Origin: Candidatus Aenigmatarchaeota archaeon
Lineage (GTDB): Archaea > Aenigmatarchaeota > Aenigmatarchaeia > QMZP01 > QMZT01
Direction: 5' to 3'
DNA: 18,345 nt
Assembly: GCA_043808015.1 (NCBI GenBank)
Contig: JAZDFI010000019.1
Span: forward strand, 1 to 18,345
Below, one piece after another: positions 15,905-18,345 of the stretch (position 1 is its first letter; every line of letters starts with the position of its first letter). Both the position numbers and the translations under genes were made by a program. Below the pieces are notes generated by a model. The model saw only the letters and a program-made list of their open reading frames with translations. It was not told the origin of the DNA and searched no databases.

Positions 15905-17239
15905 TGCGATTTCTTTGTCAACTTCGGCGCGCACCAGTTTTTCCAGCCGCTTAAACTCGCTTTCGCTGTTCGCTTCCCATCTCAGAACCAGCGCCGGTTG
16001 CGTGTTTGATGCGCGGATTATGAACCACGAATCCTTGAAATCGACCCTTACGCCGTCTATGATAGTCAGCCTCCCCATAGCGCCGAGTTTTTTCTTCAGG
16101 TTTTCCACAACCTGGAATTTCTTGTCGTCAGGACAATGGATTCTGGTATCGTCAGAGGTGATATACTGCGGAAGCGACGCGACCATCTGCGAGAGCTTTT
16201 CTTTCGAATCTGAAAGGAGTTCGGCAATCTTGGCCGATGCGAATATGCCGTCGTCGTAATTGTAACTCTCGCTGAAATAGTAGTGGCCTGACGTTTCGCC
16301 GCCGAGGATGCATTTTTCCCTGGCCATTATCTCCTGTATGTACGAGTGCCCGACTTTCGAGACTATTGATACGCCCCCGGATGATTTTATCACGTCCGCG
16401 ACGAGCTTTGAAGAAAGGATTTCCTGCACTATTTTTGCCCCGGAGTTTTTGGCCAGCGCGCTTTTTATGAGCAGCGCAAAGGCTTTGTTGTTTTCGATTA
16501 TTATGCCCTTCTCATCAACGAAGCCGACGCGGTCACCGTCGCCATCGTAAGCTATGCCAACGTCCGCATTCGCCTCTTTCACTTTTGTCTGCAAGTCCTT
16601 AAGATTCGCTCGTACCAGCGGGTCCGGGTGATGATTGGGAAAATTGCCATCCGGCTCGCAGTGAAGCTCCGTGACTTTGCACCCAAGCTTTCTGAAAAGC
16701 GCGCATGATATCCTGCCGGCCACGCCATTGCCCGCATCAATGACGACGGACAATGGCCTTTTCAAGCGGATATTTTTTACGATAAAATTAATGTAGGCGT
16801 CATCCATGCGCTTTTCAGTCGCTTTGCCGCCGCCACCGGATTTTTGCGGGCCTGCTTTCACCATCGCCTCGACTTTCCCTATTCCAGTTTCGTAGGAAAG
16901 GCAAAGGCCTTTTTTGCCGCAGAGCTTAATGCCGTTGTATTCCTTGGCGTTGTGGGAGCCCGTTATCATAGTGCCACCGTCGATTCCGGAGCTGGCGACT
17001 GTGAAATAAAGCACGGGCGTAGGCACGAAGCCCACGTCTATTACATCGAGCCCGGCTCCGGTAAGGCCGCGCAGCAGGTTCCTTCGCAGGTCAGGGCTGC
17101 TCGTCCTCACGTCCGCGCCTAGCGCGACCGTCCCTCGGCCTATGAAAGCCCCGAAGGCGAGGCCTATCTTGTAAGCCAGATCGCCATTTAACTGCGACGG
17201 GTAAACGCCGCGTATGTCATAAGCCCTGAAAATCGACAT
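15893..17239 (-). CDS. Phosphomannomutase/phosphoglucomutase
   Basis: IFRAYDIRG, ITGSHN (phospho-Ser), DGDGDR (metal loop), GETSGH and RASNTQP. GGTGA RBS upstream. Confidence 0.95.
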   Translation of the reverse strand: MSIFRAYDIRGVYPSQLNGDLAYKIGLAFGAFIGRGTVALGADVRTSSPDLRRNLLRGLTGAGLDVIDVGFVPTPVLYFTVASSGIDGGTMITGSHNAKEYNGIKLCGKKGLCLSYETGIGKVEAMVKAGPQKSGGGGKATEKRMDDAYINFIVKNIRLKRPLSVVIDAGNGVAGRISCALFRKLGCKVTELHCEPDGNFPNHHPDPLVRANLKDLQTKVKEANADVGIAYDGDGDRVGFVDEKGIIIENNKAFALLIKSALAKNSGAKIVQEILSSKLVADVIKSSGGVSIVSKVGHSYIQEIMAREKCILGGETSGHYYFSESYNYDDGIFASAKIAELLSDSKEKLSQMVASLPQYITSDDTRIHCPDDKKFQVVENLKKKLGAMGRLTIIDGVRVDFKDSWFIIRASNTQPALVLRWEANSESEFKRLEKLVRAEVDKEIASLA

Positions 17240-17273
17240 AGAGTCACCGTGATAATTTTTAATTGCGAGGCAT

Positions 17274-17321
17274 GCTTAAAAGCGTAAAAGCGCATTTGAG
17301 GCGCGTTAAACCATTTAAATA
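17274..17321. promoter_or_regulatory. Divergent TATA boxes for PMM/PGM (minus) and rpoL (plus)
   Basis: TTTTAAGC on the minus strand at 17281-17274. TTTAAATA on the plus strand at 17314-17321, about 22 nt before the rpoL ATG. Confidence 0.55.
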
Positions 17322-17342
17322 CATTACGCACATATTTAGTCT

Positions 17343-17612
17343 ATGAAATTGACTGTTTTGGAAAATGTTGGCGGCAAGCTGGTGCTCGAGGTCAAGGGAG
17401 AAAACCACACGTTCCTCAACCTGCTTAGAGACACGGCATGGGGCGCGGGCAGCAGGCAGTCGTCCTACATGATAGAGCATCCGTACCTTTCCGAGCCGAA
17501 GCTGATAATCAGGGCAGACAACCCGAAAAAGGTTCTCGATAACTCCGCGCAGGCGATAATAGACAGCGCAAAGGAATTCGAGAAGGAGTTCAGGCGCGTT
17601 TCTAAGAAGTAA
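17343..17612 (+). CDS. rpoL: DNA-directed RNA polymerase subunit L (Rpo11)
   Basis: 89 aa with GENHTFLNLL and YMIEHP...PKLII, typical of the RpoL/RPB11 family. Confidence 0.93.
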   Translation: MKLTVLENVGGKLVLEVKGENHTFLNLLRDTAWGAGSRQSSYMIEHPYLSEPKLIIRADNPKKVLDNSAQAIIDSAKEFEKEFRRVSKK

Positions 17613-17624
17613 GGCATTTTTTGT

Positions 17625-18221
17625 ATGCTTGGGTCGATAAAACCTGAGATCCGCATAATAGGCTTCGACGACGCTCCTTTCACCTTTACCGACAAAGAGA
17701 CGCTCGTGTTAGGAGTCGTGTGCAGGGGCGGAACCCAGCTGGACGGCGTAGTAAGCGTCGCTATCGACGTAGATGGCACCAACGTCGCTGAAAAAATGAC
17801 CCGGGCCATAAATTCAAGCCCGCACAAGGACCAGCTCAAAATAATCATGCTCGACGGCGTGACGTTCGGCGGCTTCAACATAGCAGACATAAACGCTCTG
17901 AACAAAAAAACAGGCCTGCCTGTCATCGTGGTGATACGGGAAAGGCCGCGCATGGAAGCTATAAAAGCAAGCCTTTCCAAATTCAAGGATGCTGAAAAGC
18001 GATGGAAACTCATAGAAAAAGCCGGTGTTATACGTCCTGTGAGCGTGACCAACAAGGTCATCAAGGAAACGAAGACAATATATTATCAGGCGGCCGGAAT
18101 ACGAAACGAAGACGCGGAGAATATAATCAAGCTCACGGCAGTCAATTCATCCGTGCCTGAGCCAATCAGGATGGCGCACATTTTATGCAGCGGACTAAAA
18201 GACGCAAGAAAACTGAAATAA
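17625..18221 (+). CDS. DUF99 family protein (endonuclease V-like fold)
   Basis: IRIIGFDDAPF, GVVCRG, VDGT, IMLDGVTFGGFNI.D, GLPVIVV and PEPIRMAH. Confidence 0.88.
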   Translation: MLGSIKPEIRIIGFDDAPFTFTDKETLVLGVVCRGGTQLDGVVSVAIDVDGTNVAEKMTRAINSSPHKDQLKIIMLDGVTFGGFNIADINALNKKTGLPVIVVIRERPRMEAIKASLSKFKDAEKRWKLIEKAGVIRPVSVTNKVIKETKTIYYQAAGIRNEDAENIIKLTAVNSSVPEPIRMAHILCSGLKDARKLK

Positions 18222-18345
18222 GAGGCAAAAACCAGACTGCAAAAAGGAAATGGCTAGACATGGATGGCCCGGCTGGGACGCTGTTTTACATATTCCTGGG
18301 CATATTCATGGCGTTTGGCATAAACATCATACTCGGCCAGGCGCT
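18185..18345 (+). CDS. Probable signal peptidase I (Sec11-type), N-terminal fragment running off the window end
   Basis: My translation is MQRTKRRKKTEIRGKNQTAKRKWLDMDGPAGTLFYIFLGIFMAFGINIILGQA..., a basic tail plus a TM helix resembling the segment before the catalytic Ser of archaeal signal peptidases. The catalytic motif is not visible. Alternative start at 18260. Confidence 0.5.
   Translation, partial: MQRTKRRKKTEIRGKNQTAKRKWLDMDGPAGTLFYIFLGIFMAFGINIILGQA

Noticed and set aside
1-18345. CRISPR arrays, tRNA/rRNA, IS elements, defence systems
   Set aside because: No spaced direct repeats, cloverleaf-like spacers or transposase/integrase motifs were seen by eye. All intergenic spacers are under about 130 nt and explained by promoters.

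Overview
This is a gene-dense archaeal chromosomal window. Archaeal origin is supported by rpoL, dph2, AglB, the secF-secD order, TATA boxes and GGTGA ribosome-binding sites. The very compact layout and protein styles suggest a DPANN lineage such as Aenigmarchaeota, which is inference only. Genes in order: a 5' fragment of a divergent AglB/STT3; the HMG-CoA synthase-thiolase-DUF35 operon; a DUF1015-class V aminotransferase-D-3-phosphoglycerate dehydrogenase cluster; a geranylgeranyl reductase-family flavoprotein; secF and a PDZ-containing secD; a secreted hypothetical protein; DUF1512; dph2; a class II HMG-CoA reductase; a 51-aa unannotated ORF; an HTH/ACT-type protein; phosphomannomutase/phosphoglucomutase; rpoL; DUF99; and the start of a probable signal peptidase I. 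I saw no rRNA, tRNA, CRISPR array or mobile element. The best lead is DUF1015, which carries SerK/SbnI-like serine-kinase motifs and sits where SerB would be expected beside serC/serA-like genes. Other leads are an upper mevalonate pathway ending in an NADH-type class II reductase, one palindromic TATA box apparently shared by two divergent genes, and an elaborated SecD.
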